Of a DNA stretch of 64,000 nt, positions 48,966 to 57,549 are shown piece by piece; the stretch's first letter is position 1, and each line of letters opens with the position of its first letter. The notes below the pieces were generated by a model. That model searched no databases. It saw only the letters and a program-made list of their open reading frames with translations, and had not been told where the DNA came from. The translations under genes and the position numbers were made by a program. Source of the DNA: an uncultured Lachnospiraceae bacterium (GTDB taxonomy: Bacteria > Bacillota > Clostridia > Lachnospirales > Lachnospiraceae). The stretch is from NCBI GenBank assembly GCA_946534915.1, contig CAMNDG010000001.1:122268-186267 (forward strand), given 5' to 3'.

Positions 48966-49874
48966 TTAATCTTTCAGCAATGCAGTTGTATCGGCGGATC
49001 CCTCGAACACAGTCCTGGCAGGTCCCGTCATCCAGACATTGTTGCTTTTTTTGTCCCACTCGATCTCGAGGCTTCCGCCAAGCACATCCACGATGATGCG
49101 CTCGCGGGTTTTCCCGTTAAGTACACAGGCTACGCCCGTAGCACAGCATCCCGTGCCGCAGGCCAGTGTCTCTCCCGAACCTCTCTCCCACACTCTCATC
49201 CTGACATGCCCTTCATCAATGACCTGGACGAATTCCGTATTGATCCTGTTCGGAAAACGTCTGTGGTTTTCATATGAAGGGCCGATCGCGGTGAGCGGCA
49301 GGTCCTCTGTATTGTCCACAAACAGTACAGCGTGCGGATTCCCCATTGATACGCAGGTAACTCTTTTGATCTCATCACCGATCTCAAGGGGCGCGTCGAC
49401 GACCGCGCAGCGGATCTCACTCCCGTCCTCCAATGTCAGGGCTTTCCCCTCATCCTCCGAATAGAGCACAGGGATTTCGGAAGCCTCTAAGATGGCCGGT
49501 CCCATATTGACTCTGACCCGCTTTACAAATCCGTCTTCCGGATAAAGGGTGAGATATTTGATCTTTTTAAAACTCTCCACAGTAATCTGAGTCTGATCCG
49601 TCAGACCGTAGTCATACACAAATTTTCCTACGCAGCGGATCCCGTTTCCGCACATTTCTCCGCGGCTGCCGTCGGCGTTGTACATTTCCATCTCAAAATC
49701 AGCGATCTCTGAGCTGTTAATGAAGATCACGCCGTCTCCGCCTATGCCGAAATGCCTGTCGCTCATTTTTCTGACAAGGTCGGGCTTTATTTCTTCGGGA
49801 ATGGTCTGGGAAATGCCGTTTATATAGACATAGTCGTTGCCGCAGCCTTCCATTTTCGTGAACTTGATGATCAT
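48966..49874 (-). CDS. dapF: Diaminopimelate epimerase
   Basis: NADGS..EMCGNGIRC, GNPH, ERGSGETLACGTG. Confidence 0.96.
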   Translation of the reverse strand: MIIKFTKMEGCGNDYVYINGISQTIPEEIKPDLVRKMSDRHFGIGGDGVIFINSSEIADFEMEMYNADGSRGEMCGNGIRCVGKFVYDYGLTDQTQITVESFKKIKYLTLYPEDGFVKRVRVNMGPAILEASEIPVLYSEDEGKALTLEDGSEIRCAVVDAPLEIGDEIKRVTCVSMGNPHAVLFVDNTEDLPLTAIGPSYENHRRFPNRINTEFVQVIDEGHVRMRVWERGSGETLACGTGCCATGVACVLNGKTRERIIVDVLGGSLEIEWDKKSNNVWMTGPARTVFEGSADTTALLKD

Positions 49875-49920
49875 AAGAACCTCTTTTTATAAACTCTGCA
49901 GCGGTTAACAGATCCGCTTT

Positions 49921-50775
49921 TTATTTTCTCATGAAATGAGGAAGTTTTTTTCCTTTTTCCCGCACTACGCACAGGATCCTCTCGCTCTCTTCACTTGCAG
50001 GCCCCATGGTGTCGCTGTCCATCTCCGCGATCCAGGCCAATCCCGCTTTCTCGGCAAAATGCTTCATATCCTCAAGCGTATAGCCGCGTTGGCGGTGGAT
50101 CTCCTGATACTTGCGGAAGACGTTTTCATCCTCTCCCGCGCCGGTCTCCTTTATAAAAAGAGAGAGATCATATTCATTGATGCGGGTCTCGTCGTCGAAC
50201 CAGTTCTCCCAGATGAAAGAGCAGTCTTCTCTGTCCTCCGCGATGGTACTGTCGCCGATCACATCTTTATACAGATGCAGCGTCTTGAAATCAAACACAA
50301 AGATCCCGCCGGGAAAGAGAAACGTATTCACTCTCTCAAAGAGCTTTATCATATCCTCATCCGTGAGCAGGTAATTGACGCTGTCCCCCACGCTGACAAA
50401 GGTTCCGGCAGTTCCGTAGAGTTCGAACTCCCTCATGTCCTGACAAAGATAGAGGGTTCTGTGACTGAGACTGTCCCTTCTCTCAAGGGCTATTCCCAGC
50501 ATCTCTTCAGACAGGTCGATCCCCATGACGTCGTATCCCCTGTCAGCCAGGATCTCCGTGAGTTTCCCTGTTCCGCATCCAAGGTCAACCACAAGATTCT
50601 TTTCTGCAGCCAGCAGAACATCCCGGGCCTCGCTGGCGCCTGTTCTCTTCTGAGACGGCTTGGACACGCCGAATCTGGTGATCATGTCCTGGATCTGGTC
50701 AGCAGTCTTCTGATAATCAGTCCCGTCCATAAATTCATCATAGACAGAAGCAAAACTTCTATAACTTTCGTACAT
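49921..50775 (-). CDS. Class I SAM-dependent methyltransferase
   Basis: VDLGCGTG, GIDLSEEML, DSVNY. Confidence 0.85.
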   Translation of the reverse strand: MYESYRSFASVYDEFMDGTDYQKTADQIQDMITRFGVSKPSQKRTGASEARDVLLAAEKNLVVDLGCGTGKLTEILADRGYDVMGIDLSEEMLGIALERRDSLSHRTLYLCQDMREFELYGTAGTFVSVGDSVNYLLTDEDMIKLFERVNTFLFPGGIFVFDFKTLHLYKDVIGDSTIAEDREDCSFIWENWFDDETRINEYDLSLFIKETGAGEDENVFRKYQEIHRQRGYTLEDMKHFAEKAGLAWIAEMDSDTMGPASEESERILCVVREKGKKLPHFMRK

Positions 50776-50836
50776 TTTTTTGACCTTCTAACTCATTGAT
50801 CCGGCACAAAATCGCTTGTCAGGGTTCTTAAATCTG

Positions 50837-51334
50837 TCAGACGACCCGTGCGAGAAGTCCGTAAGAAACAATAGACATGATCACAGTAGCGATCAGTATT
50901 CCCAGGATCTCGGCTACCAGCGCCTTTTTAAAATCGACATCCAGGAGCGCCGCAATGAGGGATCCTGTCCATCCGCCGGTACCCGGAAGCGGGATTCCGA
51001 CAAATAGCATGAGCCCCAAAAACTCTCCTTTTTCGAGCGCGTCGCTCTTGTTCATGGCCCTGTTCTCCAGCTTCGTCACAAGTTTCTCTGTAGGACCGAA
51101 TTTTTTGAGCCACTTAAAGATTCTCTTGATAAAGAGAAGTATGAACGGGATCGGAAGAAAATTTCCGATCACGCAGATCGGTATAGCTTCTACAATGTCG
51201 ACGCCAAGGAGCGAAGCGACTATAAGGCCTCCCCTGCATTCGAGAATGGGCATCAGGGAAACGATAAACACTACTGCTTTTGCTGAAATATACTGACCCA
51301 GGTGTGCTGCAAACCAGGCTGCTAAACTCTCCAT
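50837..51334 (-). CDS. Small multidrug export-like membrane protein (COG2426)
   Basis: PILECRGG and FVGIPLPGTGGWTG motifs; start could alternatively be the GTG at 51373. Confidence 0.8.
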   Translation of the reverse strand: MESLAAWFAAHLGQYISAKAVVFIVSLMPILECRGGLIVASLLGVDIVEAIPICVIGNFLPIPFILLFIKRIFKWLKKFGPTEKLVTKLENRAMNKSDALEKGEFLGLMLFVGIPLPGTGGWTGSLIAALLDVDFKKALVAEILGILIATVIMSIVSYGLLARVV

Positions 51335-51369
51335 ATTCTGATCTACCTTAATTCCTTTAAATGATCCGG

Positions 51370-52449
51370 TCACCCGCGCCCGGTGATCTCACGCAGCGCC
51401 GATACCACTGCGTCCATCTGCTCGTCTGTGCCGATCGTAATTCTCAGATACTCTTTGATGGCGGGTGAATTCCAGTGACGAACAACAATATTCTTCTTTC
51501 TAAGCTCCGTAAACAGATAGTCTCCGGAGAAATCGGGATGACATGCAAACACAAAGTTGGCTTTGGAATCCGGGAAGACAAATCCCATCTTCCTGAGTTC
51601 TTCCTTGAAACGCTCCCTGGTCCTTACTATTTTGCCCGTAGTCGTCTCAAAATATTCCCTGTCTTCCACCGCGGCTTTACCCAGCATGATGGAAGGAAGG
51701 TTCATGGTATAGGAGTTGAAGGAGAACTTGACGTCCTTGAGATATCCGATAAGTTTCTCGCTTCCCATAGCAAATCCGACTCTCAGTCCTGCCATAGCGC
51801 GGGATTTGGAGAAAGTCTGGACGATCAGGAGATTGTCATACTTCTCTATGAGAGGCAGCGCGCTGGTCCCTCCGAAGTCAATGTAAGCTTCGTCCACGAT
51901 AACGATGCTGTCGGGATTGGCTTTTACGATCCTCTCCACAGTCGCAAGAGACTCCTCCACGCCGGTGGGCGCATTAGGGTTAGGGAATATGATCCCGCCG
52001 TTCTTAACTCCGGTCAGGCGGGGCATATACTCGTAAGGGTCGATGCTCAAGTCCTCTGTGAGGGGGATCGGCTGATAGGGAATGCCGTAAAGATCCGCCC
52101 ACACGGGATAAAAGCTATATGTAATAGCCGGAAACAGGATCGGATCTCCACTGCTGAAAAAGGTCAGGAAACACAGCGCAAGAACATCATCGGAACCGAT
52201 CCCCACGAAGATCCTGCTGCTGTCTATGCCATAGAAAGCGGACAGAGCATCCGTAAGTTCTGTGGCGTTCATGTCCGGATACAGTCGAAGGTCATCCGTA
52301 CGGAGCAGGAGTTCCTCCATGGCCTTTCTGACGCCGGGCGCCGGCGGATAGGGGCATTCGTTGGTATTGAGCTTTATAATGTTCTTTACCTTGGGCTGTT
52401 CGCCTGCCGTATAAGGTACAACCTTTCTGACTTTACTCTCCCAGGACAT
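51370..52449 (-). CDS. hisC: Histidinol-phosphate aminotransferase
   Basis: KLNTNE, NPNAPTG, DEAY, TFSKSRAMAGLRVG. Confidence 0.92.
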   Translation of the reverse strand: MSWESKVRKVVPYTAGEQPKVKNIIKLNTNECPYPPAPGVRKAMEELLLRTDDLRLYPDMNATELTDALSAFYGIDSSRIFVGIGSDDVLALCFLTFFSSGDPILFPAITYSFYPVWADLYGIPYQPIPLTEDLSIDPYEYMPRLTGVKNGGIIFPNPNAPTGVEESLATVERIVKANPDSIVIVDEAYIDFGGTSALPLIEKYDNLLIVQTFSKSRAMAGLRVGFAMGSEKLIGYLKDVKFSFNSYTMNLPSIMLGKAAVEDREYFETTTGKIVRTRERFKEELRKMGFVFPDSKANFVFACHPDFSGDYLFTELRKKNIVVRHWNSPAIKEYLRITIGTDEQMDAVVSALREITGRG

Positions 52450-52557
52450 ATTTATTCCTCCTTAGTCCCCACATATATCCCCACGGTATTTTACCCTACT
52501 TCAAATTGGATGACAACAAATAAAACGTCACAGTGTCAAAATATCTTTTTCGCCATT

Positions 52558-53922
52558 TCAGACCATCTGCTCCGGATGAAAGACCTCGTCAAATCTCTCA
52601 GATGTAAGGAATCCTAGTTTTACGCAGGCCTCTTTGAGCGAGATATTCTCCTTATATGCCAGCTTGGCAGTCTTCGCCGCGTTCTCATAGCCGATATAGG
52701 GATTGAGGGCCGTTACAAGCATCAGGGAATTATGGAGGTTGTGTCTCATCTTTTCCCGGTTTGCAGTGATCCCGCATACGCAGTTGGTGCGGAAAGATTC
52801 CAGGGCATCCGAGAGGAGCCTTACTGACTGCAGATAATTATAAATGATCACCGGCATGAATACGTTGAGCTGGAAATTGCCCTGAGAGGCGGCGATCCCG
52901 ATCGCAGCATCATTTCCCATTACCTGTACAGCAACCATGGTCACGGCTTCGCACTGAGTCGGATTGACTTTACCGGGCATGATAGAGCTGCCGGGCTCGT
53001 TTTCCGGAATAAAGATCTCCCCTATTCCGCAGCGGGGGCCGCTTGCCAGCCATCTCACGTCGTTCGCTATTTTCATCAGGTCTGCAGCCAGCGCTTTGAG
53101 GGCGCCGTGGGAGAAGACCACTGCATCTTTGGAGGAGAGCGCATGGAATTTGTTGTCCTCGGTCCTGAAATCAAATCCTGTGAGCTCCGAAACAGCCGCG
53201 GCCGCTTCCTCCGCAAATCCCTTGGGGGCATTGAGGCCTGTGCCGACGGCAGTTCCTCCCAGAGCCAGCTCTTTGAGGCCTTTCTCCGAATCCCGGATCA
53301 TCCCGCGGCACTTTTCAAGCATTGCTCTCCAGCCGCTGATCTCCTGGGAGAAAGCAATGGGAACAGCGTCCTGCAGATGTGTGCGTCCGCTCTTGACAAT
53401 GCCTTCGTTCTCCTTCTCCAGCCTCTTCATCTCAGCGATCATCGAATCCAGTGCAGGAATAAGCTGCTGCTCCAGAGCCGTCACAGCTGCGATATGCATA
53501 GCGGTGGGGAATGTGTCATTGGAGCTCTGTGACATATTCACAGTATCGTTGGGATGCAGAAGTTTCTCGCCGGCAATAGCGTTTCCTCTGTTTGCGATGA
53601 CCTCATTGACGTTCATGTTGGACTGCGTGCCGCTTCCGGTCTGCCATACAGCCAGAGGGAACTCGCCTCTGAGCTTGCCGTCAGCGATTTCAGTGCACAC
53701 TTCCGCAATAAGCCCGCATCTCTTCTCATCCAGTTTCCCCAGCCTGCAGTTGGCCATAGCCGCTGCTCTTTTGAGCACCGCGAAGGCGCGGATGATCTCC
53801 ACCGGCATCTTCTCAGTTCCAATGCGGAAATTCTGATAGCTTCTCTGTGTCTGAGCTCCCCAGTAACAGTCCGCGGGCACTTTCATCTCGCCCATTGAGT
53901 CGTGTTCGATCCTGTATTCCAT
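52558..53922 (-). CDS. fumC: Class II fumarate hydratase
   Basis: WQTGSGTQSNMN, GRTHLQDA, GSSIMPGKVNPTQCE. Confidence 0.93.
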   Translation of the reverse strand: MEYRIEHDSMGEMKVPADCYWGAQTQRSYQNFRIGTEKMPVEIIRAFAVLKRAAAMANCRLGKLDEKRCGLIAEVCTEIADGKLRGEFPLAVWQTGSGTQSNMNVNEVIANRGNAIAGEKLLHPNDTVNMSQSSNDTFPTAMHIAAVTALEQQLIPALDSMIAEMKRLEKENEGIVKSGRTHLQDAVPIAFSQEISGWRAMLEKCRGMIRDSEKGLKELALGGTAVGTGLNAPKGFAEEAAAAVSELTGFDFRTEDNKFHALSSKDAVVFSHGALKALAADLMKIANDVRWLASGPRCGIGEIFIPENEPGSSIMPGKVNPTQCEAVTMVAVQVMGNDAAIGIAASQGNFQLNVFMPVIIYNYLQSVRLLSDALESFRTNCVCGITANREKMRHNLHNSLMLVTALNPYIGYENAAKTAKLAYKENISLKEACVKLGFLTSERFDEVFHPEQMV

Positions 53923-53957
53923 TTTGTGTCCTCCGCTTCCGTTTTTATCACAAGTTA

Positions 53958-55103
53958 TTATTTGTTATGGCTGCGTACCTTAAATCCCGCAAAATCACCC
54001 CTGCTGTATACTACTTTGCAGCCTGCTTTGCGGACTCTGAGTTCAATGCACCTGCCGCATGCGGACGCCTCGTCCTCCGTGCATATTTTACCGTCGTACA
54101 GAAGATATTTTTTCCGCACGTCTCCCGGTGACAGATTGGGCATGATCACGTTGGCACCGGCCAGAAATCCCAGTTCTCTCCCTGCGGGATGAATGGTACC
54201 CAGCGCGGTCGTAGCGGGAAGGAGCACATCCGGCAGCATGAGCCTGATCACCGCAAGAAGGTGCAGGGTGTCATAGAGACTTCCCGCCTTCTCTCCCGCA
54301 AAGGGTGTATCCTTGTGGGGGATAAAAGGCCCGATCCCGATCATATGGGGCCGGAATTCTTTCATATAGCGCAGATCCTCGATCACATGGTCCCTGGTCT
54401 GCCCCGGGGAGCCAACCATGATCCCGCAGCCCACCTGGTAGCCGATCTCTTTGAGATCCGCAAGACACCTCTTTCTGTTTGCGATACTCAGCTCCTGCGG
54501 ATGAAGATAACTGTAGTGTTCCGGATCCGAAGTCTCCTGACGCAGCAGATAGCGGTCCGCGCCGGCATCGAAATAAGCCTTATAAGAATCTCTGCTTTTT
54601 TCTCCTATAGACAGTGTCACAGCGCAGTCAGGATATCGCTCTTTAATAGCGGACACGATCACGCATATCATGTCATCCGTGAAATACAGGTCCTCGCCGC
54701 CCTGCAGCACAAAGGTCCTAAAGCCAAGGGAATACCCCTGTTCACAGCATTGGAGGATCTGTTCCGGAGTCAGCCTGTAGCGCTGTACATTACGGTTGCT
54801 TCTTCGGATCCCGCAGTATCTGCAGTCATTTCTGCAGTAGTTCGTGAACTCGATCAGCCCGCGAAGATAGACGTCATTTCCGTAATACTTCTCTCTTGCC
54901 CTTCGCGCCGCGGCATAGAGAAGCGCTTCTTCCTCTGTGCACCGGGCAGCCGGGATCTCTTCGCGGATCTGCACGCATCTGTCCGCGTCTTCACTGCACG
55001 ACTCTGCCAAAATATCGAATAACTCACGAAGATCGCTGTCTGTGAGTGTCTGTTCTTTTTCCAGGAGCCCGACCAGCTCCGCCATTCTCGAAAGTTTATT
55101 CAT
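53958..55103 (-). CDS. hydE: [FeFe]-hydrogenase H-cluster radical SAM maturase HydE
   Basis: LRGLIEFTNYCRNDCRYCG, MIGIGPFIPH.DTP, GANVIMPN, YLLYDGK and C-terminal Cx7Cx2C; coupled to hydF. Confidence 0.9.
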   Translation of the reverse strand: MNKLSRMAELVGLLEKEQTLTDSDLRELFDILAESCSEDADRCVQIREEIPAARCTEEEALLYAAARRAREKYYGNDVYLRGLIEFTNYCRNDCRYCGIRRSNRNVQRYRLTPEQILQCCEQGYSLGFRTFVLQGGEDLYFTDDMICVIVSAIKERYPDCAVTLSIGEKSRDSYKAYFDAGADRYLLRQETSDPEHYSYLHPQELSIANRKRCLADLKEIGYQVGCGIMVGSPGQTRDHVIEDLRYMKEFRPHMIGIGPFIPHKDTPFAGEKAGSLYDTLHLLAVIRLMLPDVLLPATTALGTIHPAGRELGFLAGANVIMPNLSPGDVRKKYLLYDGKICTEDEASACGRCIELRVRKAGCKVVYSRGDFAGFKVRSHNK

Positions 55104-56328
55104 TTCGCACAATTTCCGTACTTCTGTCCAGGATCCCCCTCATATAGGCGATCGCAGTGCCGTAATTGGTAAAAGGAATTCCCTGGTCTGCCGCGCACTT
55201 CATGCGCCAGCGCACCTCTCTGTCGTTAAGCATGCAGGCGCCGCAGTGGATGATCAGCGCGTATTTAGTGAGATCATCGGGAAATCCTGTGCCCGAGCTC
55301 GTCTCAAAGCGGATATCCGCACCGGTCTTCTTCCTGATCCAGGCAGGGATCTTCTCCGTTCCGATATCGCCGCACTGCCTGTGGTGCGTGCAGCCCTCGG
55401 AGATCAGGATCACATCCCCATCCTTCAGTTCATCGATCTTTCTGACGCCTGCCAGCGCGGAGTCAAGAAATCCTTTATATCTGGCCATAAGGATCGAGAA
55501 GGAGGTGAGGGGAATGTCCGCCGGCACTGTTTTGGCTACTTCCCCGAAGACCTGGCTGTCTGTGATGACAAGGCCGGGCTTTGTCTGCGCGCCCTCACAA
55601 TCCAGTTTCTCCAGAAGTTCTCCGAGCCGGTCCTGTTTGACACAGATGGGAATGCCGTCCGCATCGAGGATTCCCCTGATCATCATCTGCTGGGGAAGGA
55701 TCAGCCTTCCTTTAGGAGCAGCTTTGTCTATGGGAATTACCAGGATGACTATTTCGGAAGGTTCGATCAGATCCCCGATCAGCGGTCTCTCCACAATACT
55801 CTCTCTGCCGAGAGCGGCAATTCTTTCCTTGAGTTCATGAATACCATCGCCGGTCAAAGCGCTTACATACAGGACCTGTCCCTTGATGAGCCCGGGAAAC
55901 AGCTTTTCCGCCTCTTCGACACCGGTTTTGTCTATGAGGTCGGATTTATTTATGACTATAATGTAGGGAATTTCCTTCTCCTCAAAGAGAGCAATAAGTT
56001 CCCTGTCTGCTTCTGCGGCTCCGGTCTGCGCGTCAAGGACGAGTACTGCCAGGTCGGCCCGGTTCATAACTCTTCTGGCCCGCCGGACTCTCTTCTCCCC
56101 CAGCGCGCCCTCGTCATCAAATCCGGGCGTATCAACGATCACTACCGGACCCAGAGGCAGCAGTTCCATAGATTTGATGACCGGATCAGTCGTCGTGCCC
56201 CTGACGTCGGATACCACGGAGATCTCCTGACCCGTCACGGCGTTCACAATGCTGGACTTTCCGGCATTTCTCCTGCCGAAGAATCCAATGTGCACTCTTT
56301 CGCCCGAAGGCGTGCTGTTAAGGCTCAT
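55096..56328 (-). CDS. hydF: [FeFe]-hydrogenase H-cluster maturation GTPase HydF
   Basis: GRRNAGKSS, GTTTDPV, DTPG, NKSD, PKGRLILPQ, EGCTHH and HCGACM Fe-S motif. Confidence 0.95.
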   Translation of the reverse strand: MSLNSTPSGERVHIGFFGRRNAGKSSIVNAVTGQEISVVSDVRGTTTDPVIKSMELLPLGPVVIVDTPGFDDEGALGEKRVRRARRVMNRADLAVLVLDAQTGAAEADRELIALFEEKEIPYIIVINKSDLIDKTGVEEAEKLFPGLIKGQVLYVSALTGDGIHELKERIAALGRESIVERPLIGDLIEPSEIVILVIPIDKAAPKGRLILPQQMMIRGILDADGIPICVKQDRLGELLEKLDCEGAQTKPGLVITDSQVFGEVAKTVPADIPLTSFSILMARYKGFLDSALAGVRKIDELKDGDVILISEGCTHHRQCGDIGTEKIPAWIRKKTGADIRFETSSGTGFPDDLTKYALIIHCGACMLNDREVRWRMKCAADQGIPFTNYGTAIAYMRGILDRSTEIVRNE

Positions 56329-57508
56329 CGCTGCCTCCTTTTCCCTCACATGTACTGATGAAAGGATCTCTGAAACTGCTTCTGTAAATGCGGCCCGAGA
56401 ATGCCAGATGCGGCACCGGATACATTGCGGTCCCTTCCGGGATCACATAGCGGTAGAGCGGATCCGCGATCACAAGGGTTTCATCGGCGCAGAGCTGCTC
56501 CAGTGTCTCTTCAACTTCCTCTTCTCCCCGGCAGATCTTATCAGAAGGCCTTATCAGTTTCTCACTCTCTTCCGTAGCTGCGATCACGCAGGTGCGCAGT
56601 CCTCTGTCTTCGTGATCCTGCGCGATACTGCAGGAAAGGACCGGCTCGCCGATCACGATGATCTGAGGTTTCTCCTTAAAATCCGATCCACCGGTCTCAT
56701 ACGCGGTTCCGCAGATTCCGCATTCTGCGGCTTTCGCCAGTTTTCGAAGCACACGTCCCCGCATACTTCCCAGCGGAGCTCCCGCAACCCATGGTGTGCC
56801 GAATCTTGCCCTCAAATATTCAGCTGTGCGCATTCCTGAAGCTGATACCACAAGGTTGACTGACGAATCGCCGGACTTTTCCAGTTCACTAAGAGAGTCG
56901 CCCATAGCCCACACAGACGTGATCTCCCAGCCTTCCTTTTCCAGGATTTCACGGAGGGAAGATACGCTGCTTTCCGCCGCGTAGTCGAGAGGTGTCATTC
57001 CGAGTATATTCAGGCTTCTTTTCGCGGCTCTTTCATTATCTCCGTTTTCAGGGCCGCCCGCCTCTCCAAACAGCTTTTCAGCCAGCTTTGCAAAAGCAAG
57101 GCCTGCGCCGCTTATATAGTCGTGCATTCCGTTAGTCGGAATATAGAATGCCGGTATGCCGGTCCTGCTCTCAATGACCCTGCATATTCCTGCAAAGTCA
57201 GTACCCGTAAGATACGGGATCGGAGAATTGCAGAGCGCGATGAACCGCGGCGAGAACTCCCCCGCCGCTCTCACAACATCATCGATCAGTTTGCTGTCAT
57301 TGCCCATGACCGCATCCGGTTCACACAGCCCCGACAGAAAGATCAGACTGTCGCGGTCGTACCATCGCGTCTCATCATGGGTGTTGTATGTGGAATTACA
57401 TCCGGACGGGTCGTGCATGACTACCATGCCCCCCAGTTCGTAGAGCGCCGAACACACTCCCGATACATCTCCGGAGTAGACCGGCAGTATTCTGTATGCC
57501 TGTCTCAT
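56318..57508 (-). CDS. Nitrogenase component 1-like oxidoreductase subunit
   Basis: MHDPSGC, E.DAVMG...L, P..LTGTDF..I pattern of the NifD/K-BchN/B-CfbD fold; 396 aa. Confidence 0.8.
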   Translation of the reverse strand: MRQAYRILPVYSGDVSGVCSALYELGGMVVMHDPSGCNSTYNTHDETRWYDRDSLIFLSGLCEPDAVMGNDSKLIDDVVRAAGEFSPRFIALCNSPIPYLTGTDFAGICRVIESRTGIPAFYIPTNGMHDYISGAGLAFAKLAEKLFGEAGGPENGDNERAAKRSLNILGMTPLDYAAESSVSSLREILEKEGWEITSVWAMGDSLSELEKSGDSSVNLVVSASGMRTAEYLRARFGTPWVAGAPLGSMRGRVLRKLAKAAECGICGTAYETGGSDFKEKPQIIVIGEPVLSCSIAQDHEDRGLRTCVIAATEESEKLIRPSDKICRGEEEVEETLEQLCADETLVIADPLYRYVIPEGTAMYPVPHLAFSGRIYRSSFRDPFISTCEGKGGSDEP

Positions 57509-57549
57509 AGTTTCCTCCCGAAGGTCAAAATATCGTCTTATTATACGCG

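Noticed and set aside
52558-53922. Aspartate ammonia-lyase (aspA)
   Set aside because: WQTGSGTQSNMN and VNPTQCE are fumarase-type; AspA has QGGAGTS.
53958-55103. Biotin synthase or HydG
   Set aside because: It has the HydE-type YxLYDGK and Cx7Cx2C tail, is too short for HydG with its C-terminal Cx2Cx22C domain, and is coupled to hydF.
32759-56358. Long plus-strand ORFs antisense to minus-strand genes (e.g. 32759-34246, 42465-43556, 51475-52617, 54937-56358)
   Set aside because: Shadow ORFs opposite well-supported genes, with no motifs; expected from codon bias.
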